Origin: a virus
Length of the DNA stretch: 42,663 nt
Strand: one strand, 5' to 3'
IMG/VR virus record: IMGVR_UViG_3300045988_096562
The number at the start of each line of letters is the position of its first letter. Positions within the stretch are counted from its first letter, which is position 1. The translations under genes were made by a program, and so were the position numbers. A model generated the notes under the pieces. It was not told where the DNA came from. It saw nothing but the letters and a program-made list of their open reading frames with translations, and made no database searches. This document shows positions 23,426 to 32,698 of the stretch, one piece after another.

Positions 23426-24419
23426 CGTCGATATTTACGGCGTAGTCATGAACGGCGCCGATTATTGGGGTGAAGATACAGGCGTTTCTAACGTACTATC
23501 ACAACTCCAAGGATTGGATCCATCGCAAAACATTGTTCTACATGTTAACTCTGTAGGCGGCGAAGTATCGGCAGGCGTTACAATCTACAACCGATTGCGC
23601 GCTTTACAAAATAAGAAATCTATTATTATCGAGGGTCTAGCGGCGTCTATTGCCTCTATTATTTCAATGGCGGGTGATGAAATTCATATGGCTCTGGGTA
23701 GCGAAATGATGATTCATAACCCTAGCTCATATGCATTTGGTGAAGCAGATGATTTTGAAAAAGCCGCTGAATCGTTACGCAAAACTAAAGAAAACCTTAT
23801 CGATATTTACGAGGCTCGCACTGGGTTAACTCGTGAAGAAATCGCAACTATGATGGATGAAGAAACTTGGTTAACAGCAAGGGAAGCATTAGAAAAAGGC
23901 TTCTGTACAAGTGTTGACGAGTCTTTACAAATGGTTGCTTGCCGTAAAGGTACTGACTTAATTGTCAATGGTTTACCAATGAGTATGGAAGTACTCAAAG
24001 GATTGCCTGTTGATAAATATGAAGAGAAAGGAGAAGAACCAATGGAAGTAACTGCTGAATTGTTGCGTACAGACTATGCGGAAGTATATGACGAAGTATT
24101 TAATGCCGGCGTTGCTGCTGAACGTGCCCGTTTACAAGCCCTTGATGGGATTAATAACGAAGCGCGAGCAGAAGTGGTTAATCGCGCTAAATATGAAACA
24201 TACGCTACGGTTCAAGATGTAGCTGTTGAATTACTCAATATGCCACAACCAGAACCATCTGAACAAACAAATCAATTTCAACGAATGATTCAAGATGCAA
24301 ATAACGCATCCAATAAAGTTAACACTGTCCCTGGTCAAGTGTTGGATGAAGATATCGACGAAGCTGACAAAACAATGAAAATCGTGGACCGTGTTATGAA
24401 AGCACGTGTTAAAAAATAA
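23352..24419 (+). CDS. Head maturation protease (ClpP/S49-type) fused to a scaffold-like C-terminus
   Basis: ATG after GGAGGA is preferred to the 23226 start. VLHVNSVGGEVSAGVTIYNRL...GLAASIASIISMAGDEIHM...MMIHNPS is the serine protease core. The C-terminal half is coiled and acidic. Confidence 0.85.
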   Translation: MNKDNKFQFKIRTPLNQIQEAETIDVDIYGVVMNGADYWGEDTGVSNVLSQLQGLDPSQNIVLHVNSVGGEVSAGVTIYNRLRALQNKKSIIIEGLAASIASIISMAGDEIHMALGSEMMIHNPSSYAFGEADDFEKAAESLRKTKENLIDIYEARTGLTREEIATMMDEETWLTAREALEKGFCTSVDESLQMVACRKGTDLIVNGLPMSMEVLKGLPVDKYEEKGEEPMEVTAELLRTDYAEVYDEVFNAGVAAERARLQALDGINNEARAEVVNRAKYETYATVQDVAVELLNMPQPEPSEQTNQFQRMIQDANNASNKVNTVPGQVLDEDIDEADKTMKIVDRVMKARVKK

Positions 24420-24433
24420 GGAGGGCAGAACAT

Positions 24434-24769
24434 ATGCCATACGTGGAAGAACAAAAGTTAGAGTACAAAGCTCTAATTGCTGGTACTCAAATGCCAGTCG
24501 TTACTAAAAAGGTAACAATCGGACAGGACGCTGCTGTGATTAAAGCAGGTACAGTATTAGAAATCGAAGCCACTTCTAAAAAAGCTAAACGCGCGGACGC
24601 TGATGTATACGGCGTAGCCTTGGCTGATATCGATGCTACGAAAGGTGACGTAGTAGCAGAAATTGCTGTAACAGGTGAATTTGCTACAGCTAATTTAGTA
24701 TTCAAATCTGGTAAAAAAGCGGAAGACTTCACAGCTAAAGCTGAAGCCCGCAACATTTATTTCCGTTAA
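24434..24769 (+). CDS. Head decoration protein (lambda gpD-like)
   Basis: 111 aa between the protease and the capsid gene. The IAGTQMPVVTKKVTI...IKAGTVLE pattern fits the family. Confidence 0.75.
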   Translation: MPYVEEQKLEYKALIAGTQMPVVTKKVTIGQDAAVIKAGTVLEIEATSKKAKRADADVYGVALADIDATKGDVVAEIAVTGEFATANLVFKSGKKAEDFTAKAEARNIYFR

Positions 24770-24781
24770 TAAGGAGGACAC

Positions 24782-25819
24782 ATGGATAATATTTACACAC
24801 CTCAAACACTTGCAGCGGTGGTTCGTCGTACTCCCGATGTGCCATCCTTTTTAAAAGACTTATTCTTCAAAGATACAAAAACATTCTTATCTGAAACTGT
24901 TTCTTTTGACATTGTAAAAGGTCGCCGCACTATTACACCTTGGGTAGCACCAAATTCTACTGCGCCATTATCCCAACGCACAGGTGTAACTACAACTACT
25001 TATAAACCAGCTCAAAAGAAAGAAAAACGAGCTATCACTGAAAATGATATCAAGGTCCGTTTAGCTGGTGAACAACCTTTCGCAGGTACAGTATCTCCTG
25101 AAGAACGTGCGATTCAACTTTTGGCACAAGATACACAAGAGTTGAAAGACAATTTGGTGCGCTCCCAAGAAGTTATGGCGGCAGACGTTTTATTTAATGG
25201 TCAAGCACACATTAAAGGCGAAGGCATTGACGACGTAGTGGACTTTAACTTCACAAACAAAGAAACATTATCTGGTAACGCACGCTGGGGACAATCCGCA
25301 GCAGAAATCGTGGCCAACATTATTAAATGGAAAAAGAAATGCTTGAAAGCATCTGGCTTTAATCCGAATACCTTAGTCATGAACTCCGAAACGTTAGAAG
25401 TAATGCTTTCCGATAAAAAAATCTTAGCGTTGTTTGATAATCGTCGTACAGAAATGGGTCTTTTACAATTTGAACAAATGGCAGAAGGCGCGACTTATGT
25501 TGGTTTCATGGGTGGTCAAATTCAATGCAATGTATTTACATATGATAACTACTATGTAGACCCAACTGATGGCCAAGAAAAAGAAATGGTACCTGCAGGT
25601 AAACTGTTGGTAGCTTCTGATATGGCCAAATTCACTAAATTATATGGTGCGAATACAATTATCCCTGGCGAAGGAATGGATTTCGTAACTTATGAAGGCG
25701 AATACGTAATGCGCCGATTGGTTACACGTGATCCAGATGCAGCATTCTTAGAATTGCAATCTCGCCCTATTTATGTCCCATTCGATGTAGATTCTTACTT
25801 CGTAGCGGACGTATTGTAA
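24782..25819 (+). CDS. Major capsid protein, lambda E family
   Basis: 345 aa. The N-terminus LAAVVRRTPDVPSFLKDLFFKD...ETVSFDIVKGRRTITPWVAP is typical of the E family. Confidence 0.9.
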   Translation: MDNIYTPQTLAAVVRRTPDVPSFLKDLFFKDTKTFLSETVSFDIVKGRRTITPWVAPNSTAPLSQRTGVTTTTYKPAQKKEKRAITENDIKVRLAGEQPFAGTVSPEERAIQLLAQDTQELKDNLVRSQEVMAADVLFNGQAHIKGEGIDDVVDFNFTNKETLSGNARWGQSAAEIVANIIKWKKKCLKASGFNPNTLVMNSETLEVMLSDKKILALFDNRRTEMGLLQFEQMAEGATYVGFMGGQIQCNVFTYDNYYVDPTDGQEKEMVPAGKLLVASDMAKFTKLYGANTIIPGEGMDFVTYEGEYVMRRLVTRDPDAAFLELQSRPIYVPFDVDSYFVADVL

Positions 25820-25848
25820 TCTAATCTAATCTAAAGGGGGTAAGACTT

Positions 25849-26253
25849 ATGCCAGTACAAGCTAAGCACGCAATCAATACTGGAGATTATGTATATAATC
25901 CCGGTGAGATTATCTCCGATTTAACTGCGGAAGAAGAACAGCGCCTAATTGAATTAGGCGCTGTAGTTGCAGTTAGCGGTGATAATAGTAAAGGCGGCGA
26001 AGATGATTCATTCGCAGTAGCGCTTGCAGTTATGACAAATGAAGAGATTTCCAATTATGGAAAGTCTATCGGGCTAGAATTTGCTAGTAAAGCAACAAAG
26101 GCAAGCATGATTGCAGATATTCTTGCATGTGATGCGGATATTAATTTGGGGCTTTTATCGGATGCTGCTCTTCGTGCAATGGTTGAAGCTGAACATTTAG
26201 AAGTTCCAGAAGACGCTACTCGTGAACAACTTATCGATTTCTTAGGTGAATAG
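25849..26253 (+). CDS. Hypothetical acidic protein with HeH/Rho-N-like helix motifs
   Basis: 134 aa, GGGGG RBS. The pattern TNEEISNYGKSIGLEFASKATKASMIADIL is repeated. Confidence 0.7.
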   Translation: MPVQAKHAINTGDYVYNPGEIISDLTAEEEQRLIELGAVVAVSGDNSKGGEDDSFAVALAVMTNEEISNYGKSIGLEFASKATKASMIADILACDADINLGLLSDAALRAMVEAEHLEVPEDATREQLIDFLGE

Positions 26254-26255
26254 AT

Positions 26256-26579
26256 ATGGGATTTAAAGACTTTGTGCAAAATGATATTGAAAAGGTGTTT
26301 ATCAATTCAAATGAATTTGCCGAAGTACACAACCTAAACGGTACGCAGTGCTATGCGGTGGCAGAAGGTCTTACCGACAAGCAACATGTTGAAATTATGG
26401 GTCAGGATATTGACGGGTTGATTTACGATACGATAGTTGTACACGTGTCCAAGCAGGATTTACATGAAGTGCCAGAGTATAATCAAATCTTTCGTTTCGA
26501 TGGCCGACTTATGTTGGTTCAATCATGCGAAGAAGATATGGGCATGCTGAATATTGTCCTTAGGGGGAATAACTCATGA
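26256..26579 (+). CDS. Head-tail joining protein, FII-like (tentative)
   Basis: 107 aa. Size, position and the C-terminal pattern FRFDGRLMLVQSCEEDMGMLNIVL fit head-completion proteins. Confidence 0.5.
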   Translation: MGFKDFVQNDIEKVFINSNEFAEVHNLNGTQCYAVAEGLTDKQHVEIMGQDIDGLIYDTIVVHVSKQDLHEVPEYNQIFRFDGRLMLVQSCEEDMGMLNIVLRGNNS

Positions 26580-27073
26580 GCATAACTATTGACGTAAAAG
26601 GGCTACAAGAAGGCCTGGTTAAGATAGACGCCCTTTCCGGTGAAACGAAAAGGGCGACATCGAAAGCTATCAACACTGCGATCCCTAAAATACGAAACGC
26701 AATTGTTGATAAAACTACGCAGGACTACTTTATAAGTAAGGCAAACGTTAAGAAAACGATTGACGTGAAGCGCGCGAACCCTTCTGGACTATCAGCATTC
26801 ATTAGGTCTAAAGGAAGACCAGTAGCACTTACTAAGTTTAGAGTTACACCAAAGCGGCCACCTAAGCGGAAAGGTCGTACTGTCAAAGCTCAAGTAATGC
26901 GCAATGGCGGAGGGGGAACAATCCCTAATGCTTTTATTGCTCGCATGGGAAGTGGGCATATTGGCGCAATGTATCGTAAAGGGGCAGACAGGTACCCAAT
27001 AGGACAATTCCACGGGCCTGCGGTCCCGAGTATGTTAAAAATGCTGAGGTATCGGCTTTTGTCGGTAATGTAG
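26576..27073 (+). CDS. Lambda gpZ-like tail/head-tail completion protein, zero-frame part
   Basis: KRKGRTVKAQVMRNGGGGTIPNAFIARMGSGHIGAMYRKGADRYPIG parallels lambda Z (RRKKGQ...GGGS...IPGAFIQQLKNGRWHVMQRVAGKNRYPI). The frame ends in an implausible tail (MLRYRLLSVM). Confidence 0.75.
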   Translation: MSITIDVKGLQEGLVKIDALSGETKRATSKAINTAIPKIRNAIVDKTTQDYFISKANVKKTIDVKRANPSGLSAFIRSKGRPVALTKFRVTPKRPPKRKGRTVKAQVMRNGGGGTIPNAFIARMGSGHIGAMYRKGADRYPIGQFHGPAVPSMLKMLRYRLLSVM

Positions 27074-27132
27074 CGCAAGAGGAGTTGTTACGACAAATCG
27101 GAACCTCATTCGAAGAGTTAGTAAGGAAGTAA
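27040..27132 (+). CDS. -1 frame continuation of the gpZ-like protein
   Basis: Reading aat gct gag... from 27040 gives NAEVSAFVGNVAQEELLRQIGTSFEELVRK*. This is protein-like and restores a length near that of lambda Z. The junction is an A5 run at 27037-27041. Confidence 0.55.
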   Translation, partial: NAEVSAFVGNVAQEELLRQIGTSFEELVRK

Positions 27133-27135
27133 TAA

Positions 27136-27597
27136 ATGACACCTACGCAATTAGCAACAGATTTAGGTACGTTTCTAAAACAGGTGCATGCAAACTATTT
27201 TAGTGATGATGCACAGGTGAAGGGGAATCCTTTATTAGTTGTACCTGGATTTTTAAAAATGAAAGAATCATCCAAGGAGGACCAATATCCGCATCTTGTT
27301 ATTCGCATTAATAAGATTGAGGATACCTTGCAGGGGTCAACCGTCCAACTGTTTCTGATTCATGGAGTGTACTCTGAGGATGTGGAAAAGGGCTGGATGG
27401 AGATTACAAACTTTCTGGAAACAACAAGACAAGCGTTACTGGCCCATCCGGTTATTGCTAAGCGATACCGTTTAGTGTTGGATGATAAACACGGAATTGA
27501 TACTGACATCCCTCCAGATCAAGCATATCCGTATTGGGAGGGGTTTATGACCGTTAAATATGATATCGAACAGATACGAGAGGAGATGATTATCTAA
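27136..27597 (+). CDS. Hypothetical tail completion / terminator-like protein
   Basis: 153 aa, located between the head-tail joining genes and the sheath gene. No diagnostic motif. Confidence 0.6.
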   Translation: MTPTQLATDLGTFLKQVHANYFSDDAQVKGNPLLVVPGFLKMKESSKEDQYPHLVIRINKIEDTLQGSTVQLFLIHGVYSEDVEKGWMEITNFLETTRQALLAHPVIAKRYRLVLDDKHGIDTDIPPDQAYPYWEGFMTVKYDIEQIREEMII

Positions 27598-27899
27598 TGG
27601 CAAAAACTGATGAACTAGCGACGGTAGAAAACGAAATGGCCGAAGCTGTAGAAAAACCAGTTAAATCTAATGATGCTAAACAAGTAATCTACTTAGGCCC
27701 CAATAGTGCAGAACTGGGCCTTACAACAGGAACAGTCTATATTGACGGGATTCCTGCCGTAGTAGGTGAAGATAAAGCAATGTTAAGACTATTGTTTGTG
27801 CCAATTAATAAGATTGCTGAAGCACAACAAGAATTAGCAACAGAAGGTACTGCAATGAGTGCAGCTTACCTTGAATTTAAAAAAGGAGGTCGTAGATAG
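27597..27899 (+). CDS. Hypothetical virion-module protein
   Basis: 100 aa with overlapping start and stop codons on both sides. Confidence 0.65.
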   Translation: MAKTDELATVENEMAEAVEKPVKSNDAKQVIYLGPNSAELGLTTGTVYIDGIPAVVGEDKAMLRLLFVPINKIAEAQQELATEGTAMSAAYLEFKKGGRR

Positions 27900-29344
27900 T
27901 GGGAAACTATAGACACGGAATTTATACAAGAGAGGTTCCTACTTCTCTTATTTCTATGACAGAAGCTACGGCAGCCTTACCGGTGTATGTTGGTACTGCT
28001 CCTGTACATTTAGCCACAGACCCAGCAGAGGCTAATAAAGCCGTATTGTGTCATGATTACGCATCCGCAACCACTCAATTCGGTTATTCTAAAGAATGGG
28101 ATAAGTACACATTGTGTGAAGCAATGTACTCTCAATTCTCTTTATTCGGAATGGCGCCCGTAGTATTTATTAATGTTCTTGATCCAAAGAAACACAAGAA
28201 AACATTAACTTCTACACAAAAACAAATCCAGGATAAAGTCGTAACAATTGAAGATCCTGTGTTACTCAACACGTTGAAGGTATCTGCTACAAACGGTGGT
28301 ACTGCCTTAACTATCAACGTTGATTACACTGCAGTATTTAACGACGAAGGCAAATTGCTTATTGGCATTGTATCTACTGGGGCACTTAATAGTGCAACAT
28401 CTGTTTGGGTAACTTACGATTATGTAGACCCATCTATGGTAACTGCAGATGATATCGTAGGTGGCGTGGATACAGAAGGTAAACGTAAAGGTTTGGAACT
28501 TATCAATGAAGTATTCCCTCGCTTCGGCTTAATCCCTGGTAACTTATTAGCACCAGGCTGGTCTCATAACACGCTTGTAGCAGCAGTTATGAAAGCAAAA
28601 GAAACTACTATTAATGGCATGTTCCAAGCTATGTCGTTATGTGATGCACCTACTGATGAAATTAAAAAAGCAACTGCAGTTAGTGAGTGGAAAAATAAAA
28701 AGAACTACGTCGATGAACGTCAAATCTTATGTTGGCCAAAAGTAGCATTAGCTAATCGCCAATTCCATTTATCCACACAGCTCGCAGGCCTTATGGCTAA
28801 GACAGATGCTAAGTACGATGACATCCCTTACAAGTCCCCATCCAATGAGTCCTTGCAAGCAGATAGTGCCGTATTGAAAGATGGTACTGAAATCTACTTA
28901 GGCCCAGATGAAGCAGCTTACTTGAACGGCCAAGGCGTCGTTACTGCGCTTAATTTTATTGGCGGCTGGAGAGCTTGGGGCAATCGTACAACTGCGTATC
29001 CATCTAATACAGATGTTAAGGATTCCTTTATCCCTGTACGTCGTATGTTCAACTGGGTATCCAACACGTTGATCACTTCTTTCTGGTCTAAGATTGACGA
29101 TCCAACAAATAAACGTTTGATTAATAATATCGTTAATAGTGCCAATGCCTGGTTAAATGGACACGTAGCATCTGGTGCACTTCTCGGTGCACGCGTTGAA
29201 TTCTTGGAGTCCGAAAACCCTACAACTGATTTGTTGAACGGTATTATCCGATTCCATGTATATTTAGGTGTTCCGACACCAGCTCGTGAAATCGACTTCA
29301 TTCAAGAATACGATCCATCTTACATGAGCACGTTATTTAATTAA
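27899..29344 (+). CDS. Contractile tail sheath protein
   Basis: 481 aa, GTG start. The N-terminus YRHGIYTREVPTS and the position before the tube gene are as in P2 FI or Mu L. Confidence 0.85.
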   Translation: MGNYRHGIYTREVPTSLISMTEATAALPVYVGTAPVHLATDPAEANKAVLCHDYASATTQFGYSKEWDKYTLCEAMYSQFSLFGMAPVVFINVLDPKKHKKTLTSTQKQIQDKVVTIEDPVLLNTLKVSATNGGTALTINVDYTAVFNDEGKLLIGIVSTGALNSATSVWVTYDYVDPSMVTADDIVGGVDTEGKRKGLELINEVFPRFGLIPGNLLAPGWSHNTLVAAVMKAKETTINGMFQAMSLCDAPTDEIKKATAVSEWKNKKNYVDERQILCWPKVALANRQFHLSTQLAGLMAKTDAKYDDIPYKSPSNESLQADSAVLKDGTEIYLGPDEAAYLNGQGVVTALNFIGGWRAWGNRTTAYPSNTDVKDSFIPVRRMFNWVSNTLITSFWSKIDDPTNKRLINNIVNSANAWLNGHVASGALLGARVEFLESENPTTDLLNGIIRFHVYLGVPTPAREIDFIQEYDPSYMSTLFN

Positions 29345-29358
29345 AAGGGAGGTAACTC

Positions 29359-29877
29359 ATGGCTAAACATAGAGATAAGTTGATTGACTTTGCCATTTTT
29401 AGCTCTGGCAGAGAATTATATGGTTACGCCGATGTAACCTTACCTGATATCGAATTTATCAGTGACACAATTAAAGGTGCAGGCATTGCCGGCGAAGTTG
29501 ATTTGGGTGTACTCGGGCAAACTAAGGCAATGAATATGTCTATTAAATGGAATACCATTGACAAAGATGTGACTGACCTTGCTAGTCAAAAGGTACATGA
29601 TATCGAAATTCGTGGCGCACAACAATTGTATGATTCTGCTAAAGGCGAATTAGTACCGGAAGCAGTTAGCGTATACGCAAAAGTGATGCCTAAGAAAATC
29701 GGTTTAGGTAAGTTTGAACAAGCAAGTAAAACCGATACTTCTACAGAGTTTGAAATTATGTATTTCAAAATGACTGTTGGCGGTAAAACTCGCACTGAAA
29801 TTGATAAATTCAATTATGTTTGTGTAATCAACGGTGTTGATTACTTAGCATCCGTAAGGGAGGCATTGGGTAAATAA
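29359..29877 (+). CDS. Tail tube protein (P2 FII-like)
   Basis: 172 aa, GGGAGG RBS. LIDFAIFSSGRELYGYADVTLPDIEFISDTIKGAGIAGEVDL matches the major tube family pattern. Confidence 0.85.
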   Translation: MAKHRDKLIDFAIFSSGRELYGYADVTLPDIEFISDTIKGAGIAGEVDLGVLGQTKAMNMSIKWNTIDKDVTDLASQKVHDIEIRGAQQLYDSAKGELVPEAVSVYAKVMPKKIGLGKFEQASKTDTSTEFEIMYFKMTVGGKTRTEIDKFNYVCVINGVDYLASVREALGK

Positions 29878-30200
29878 TGGTAACATACGATCGCGAAAAG
29901 CTAGCAGAAGGCTTAAATAATTTAACTGGATTTGACTTCACAAAGGCGGAACTTCGTGTCCGCCGTGAAGGCGATATGACTCCAGATGTTACATTTTCTA
30001 AAAGATTCCAAGCTGAGGTCGCAGCTATAGCTCTAAAGGAAAGTGCAAAAGTATTAATGACACTCCCTATCTCTGAATTTACAGAAATGTGTGCAGAGGT
30101 AAGTGTTTTTTTACTACGTGGTTCGGTAGAGAAAATGGGCCTTCTCCCGGACAACAATGCAGACGAATTGCCCTCCGTCTCAGAGAATGCGGAGGCATAA
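29877..30200 (+). CDS. Tail assembly chaperone (P2 gpE / lambda G analogue)
   Basis: 107 aa between the tube and tape measure genes. It contains the slippery heptamer T TTT TTA at 30107-30113. Confidence 0.8.
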   Translation: MVTYDREKLAEGLNNLTGFDFTKAELRVRREGDMTPDVTFSKRFQAEVAAIALKESAKVLMTLPISEFTEMCAEVSVFLLRGSVEKMGLLPDNNADELPSVSENAEA

Positions 30201-30301
30201 ACTTTTGGATGTCTACTCCGATTGTTGAAATAGCCGATTGGATGGATGACTTAGAATTTGTTCTTGAAGATGAAAAGCGCTTGAAGGAAGAAAATGACTA
30301 A
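30110..30301 (+). CDS. -1 frame extension producing the chaperone fusion (E' / GT analogue)
   Basis: After a -1 slip on UUUUUUA the frame reads FTTWFGRENG...STPIVEIADWMDDLEFVLEDEKRLKEEND*. The ATG at 30089 has no RBS. Confidence 0.7.
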   Translation, partial: FTTWFGRENGPSPGQQCRRIALRLRECGGINFWMSTPIVEIADWMDDLEFVLEDEKRLKEEND

Positions 30302-30349
30302 TCCATCAAGCGCTTTTTGCGTATGCAAATTTAAAAGAAAGGAGGGACT

Positions 30350-32698
30350 ATGGCGGGTAAAGTATTCGAAATTGCTTTTGCTATAAATGGTGCTTTGGCA
30401 CAAAGCTTTAAAACATCTATGCAACAGGCCAAAGGAACACTGACGCAGTACGGTTCTAAAATGAGTGAACTGAAAACACAACAAAAGGCGTTGGATTCCG
30501 CATTAAAGCAAGGGGTTATTTCGATGGACTCTTACCGAAATGCAACTGCAAAAGTCGGTAAGGAACTTGAACAAACCGCGGCTAAGGATGCTAAATTGCG
30601 AAAAGCTATGCAACATAAAATCGCTGCAGATGTTAATGCTAAAAGCGCGCGTAGCGATTTAGGTAGTACACTGGCTACTTCAGCGGTAATGGCTGCTCCG
30701 TTCGTCGGGATGCTATCTAAAGCAGCAGACTTTGAGGCAGTGATGTCCAAAGTTAAAGCAATCACTGTATCTGACGATAAAGCTATGCAACAGTTAACGG
30801 CTACTGCTCGTGAACTCGGCGAGAAAACGATGTTCTCTGCTACACAAGCAGGCGAAGCTATGACATATCTCGGTATGGCCGGTTGGAACTCTCAACAAAT
30901 CATGGCTGGCATGCCGGGGCTTTTGAACTTAGCTGCAGCAAGTGGCACAGACCTTGCACGTACGGCGGATATCGTATCTGACGACCTTACCGCGTTTGGG
31001 TTAAGTGCCGAACATGCCGGACATATGGCTGACGTATTTGCGAAGACATCGACCAAGACAAACACAAATGTTGAGATGCTTGGCGAAACAATGAAGTACG
31101 CCGCACCAGTAGCGCATGCATTTGGTGCAAGCTTGGAAGAAACAGCAGCACTTACAGGTCTTATGGCTAATAGTGGCATTAAGGCATCTGCTGCCGGCAC
31201 AGCGCTTCGGTCTGGGTTCTTACGCTTAGCAGGTACTTCCGCTAAATCGACTAAAGCAATCGAGGAAATGGGACTATCATTAAGTGAGGCTACAGCTCAG
31301 CAAGAAGAAGCAAGAGCGGCCTTAGCAAGTTTAGGCATTGCTATGGACGATACCAATGGCCCTCGTAAGATGGGCGCAATCGTTCGCGACTTAGCTGATA
31401 GAACTAAGGACCTGAGCAAAGAGCAAAGACTTGCTACACTTGCGACTATTTTCGGTACTAATGCAGCATCAGCTTGGGTGGCTGTTATTGACCAGGGTCC
31501 TGATGCACTTGATCAACTGACAAAGGAACTTGAAAATAGCGATGGTGCCGCTGCTGCTATGGCTGAGACCATGCAGAATAACGCAAGAGGTGCAATGGTT
31601 CGATTGCAATCGGCGTCCGAGTCGGTGGCTATCTCTATTGGTAGTACGATGTTACCGACTCTTGCCGAGTTGGGAGATTCTCTAGCCAATGAAGCCGCCT
31701 ATGTATCTAAAGTAGCAAGTGAGCATCCAGAGCTTACTGAAGCAATAATCAAAACAAGTTTTGCTGTAATGGGAATGGTAATTGCGTATAAAACGGTAAG
31801 AGCCATATACTACAGTATAGTAGCTGCTAAAGCAGCATACGTTTTGGCCACAAATTCTGAAACATTGGCATCTGCGAGAAGCACTATTGCATCAGGCATT
31901 CATAAAGGGGCAATGCTAGCCGGTACAATTGCTACTTATGCAGCAGCCGCTGCACAGTGGGCATTAAATGCGGCTATGACTGCAAACCCTATCGGGCTGG
32001 TTATCGTTGCCATAGTAGCTTTAATAGCTGCATTTGTTTGGTTAGGTACACACATCGAGGCAGTATCCAATTTCTGTACCTCGATGTGGGAGTCTCCAAC
32101 AGCGGCAATTATCGCTTTCATGACGGGACCTATTGGATGGCTAATTTATGCGGCTATGGGCTTAATTGCTAACTGGGATCAAGTAAAAGCATGGTTCACA
32201 TTATTGTGGGAAGATCCTAAGGCCGCACTTAGCCAATTCTATGATTGGGTTATGAGTAAGCTTGGAGGCCTGTTTGATTGGATTAGTGAAAAATGGGAAT
32301 GGGTTAGGTCTATTTTTAGCAAGCCGATTCAGGCACGAGTAGAAGGCTCAGCGACAGTTAATGGGCAATCCATTCAGCATAATGCAAAAGGCGGCATTTA
32401 TGGAAAAGGCTCATTCCTTACTACCTTTGCTGAAGAATCTGCAGAAGCTGCCATTCCTATCAATGGTACGCCAAGGGCTGAAGCTTTATGGCGACAAACT
32501 GGCGCTATGATGGGGCTTTTACCAGGTGAAGGTAATTCCGTAATTTCTGTATCTGCGCCGATCAACATTACTGTTAATGGTAGTGCGGATGCAAGCGCAA
32601 TACAACAAATTAAAAGTGCTGTAGAAGGGGCAATGGACGACTTAGAAGCACGACTTGCTGAAATCCAAAACAGGAAAGGGCGTGTAAGCTATGCCTAG
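30350..32698 (+). CDS. Tail tape measure protein
   Basis: 782 aa. TP901-type core MFSATQAGEAMTYLGMAGWNSQQIMAGMPGLLNLAAASGTDLARTADIVSDDLTAFGL, plus hydrophobic central helices. Confidence 0.9.
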   Translation: MAGKVFEIAFAINGALAQSFKTSMQQAKGTLTQYGSKMSELKTQQKALDSALKQGVISMDSYRNATAKVGKELEQTAAKDAKLRKAMQHKIAADVNAKSARSDLGSTLATSAVMAAPFVGMLSKAADFEAVMSKVKAITVSDDKAMQQLTATARELGEKTMFSATQAGEAMTYLGMAGWNSQQIMAGMPGLLNLAAASGTDLARTADIVSDDLTAFGLSAEHAGHMADVFAKTSTKTNTNVEMLGETMKYAAPVAHAFGASLEETAALTGLMANSGIKASAAGTALRSGFLRLAGTSAKSTKAIEEMGLSLSEATAQQEEARAALASLGIAMDDTNGPRKMGAIVRDLADRTKDLSKEQRLATLATIFGTNAASAWVAVIDQGPDALDQLTKELENSDGAAAAMAETMQNNARGAMVRLQSASESVAISIGSTMLPTLAELGDSLANEAAYVSKVASEHPELTEAIIKTSFAVMGMVIAYKTVRAIYYSIVAAKAAYVLATNSETLASARSTIASGIHKGAMLAGTIATYAAAAAQWALNAAMTANPIGLVIVAIVALIAAFVWLGTHIEAVSNFCTSMWESPTAAIIAFMTGPIGWLIYAAMGLIANWDQVKAWFTLLWEDPKAALSQFYDWVMSKLGGLFDWISEKWEWVRSIFSKPIQARVEGSATVNGQSIQHNAKGGIYGKGSFLTTFAEESAEAAIPINGTPRAEALWRQTGAMMGLLPGEGNSVISVSAPINITVNGSADASAIQQIKSAVEGAMDDLEARLAEIQNRKGRVSYA

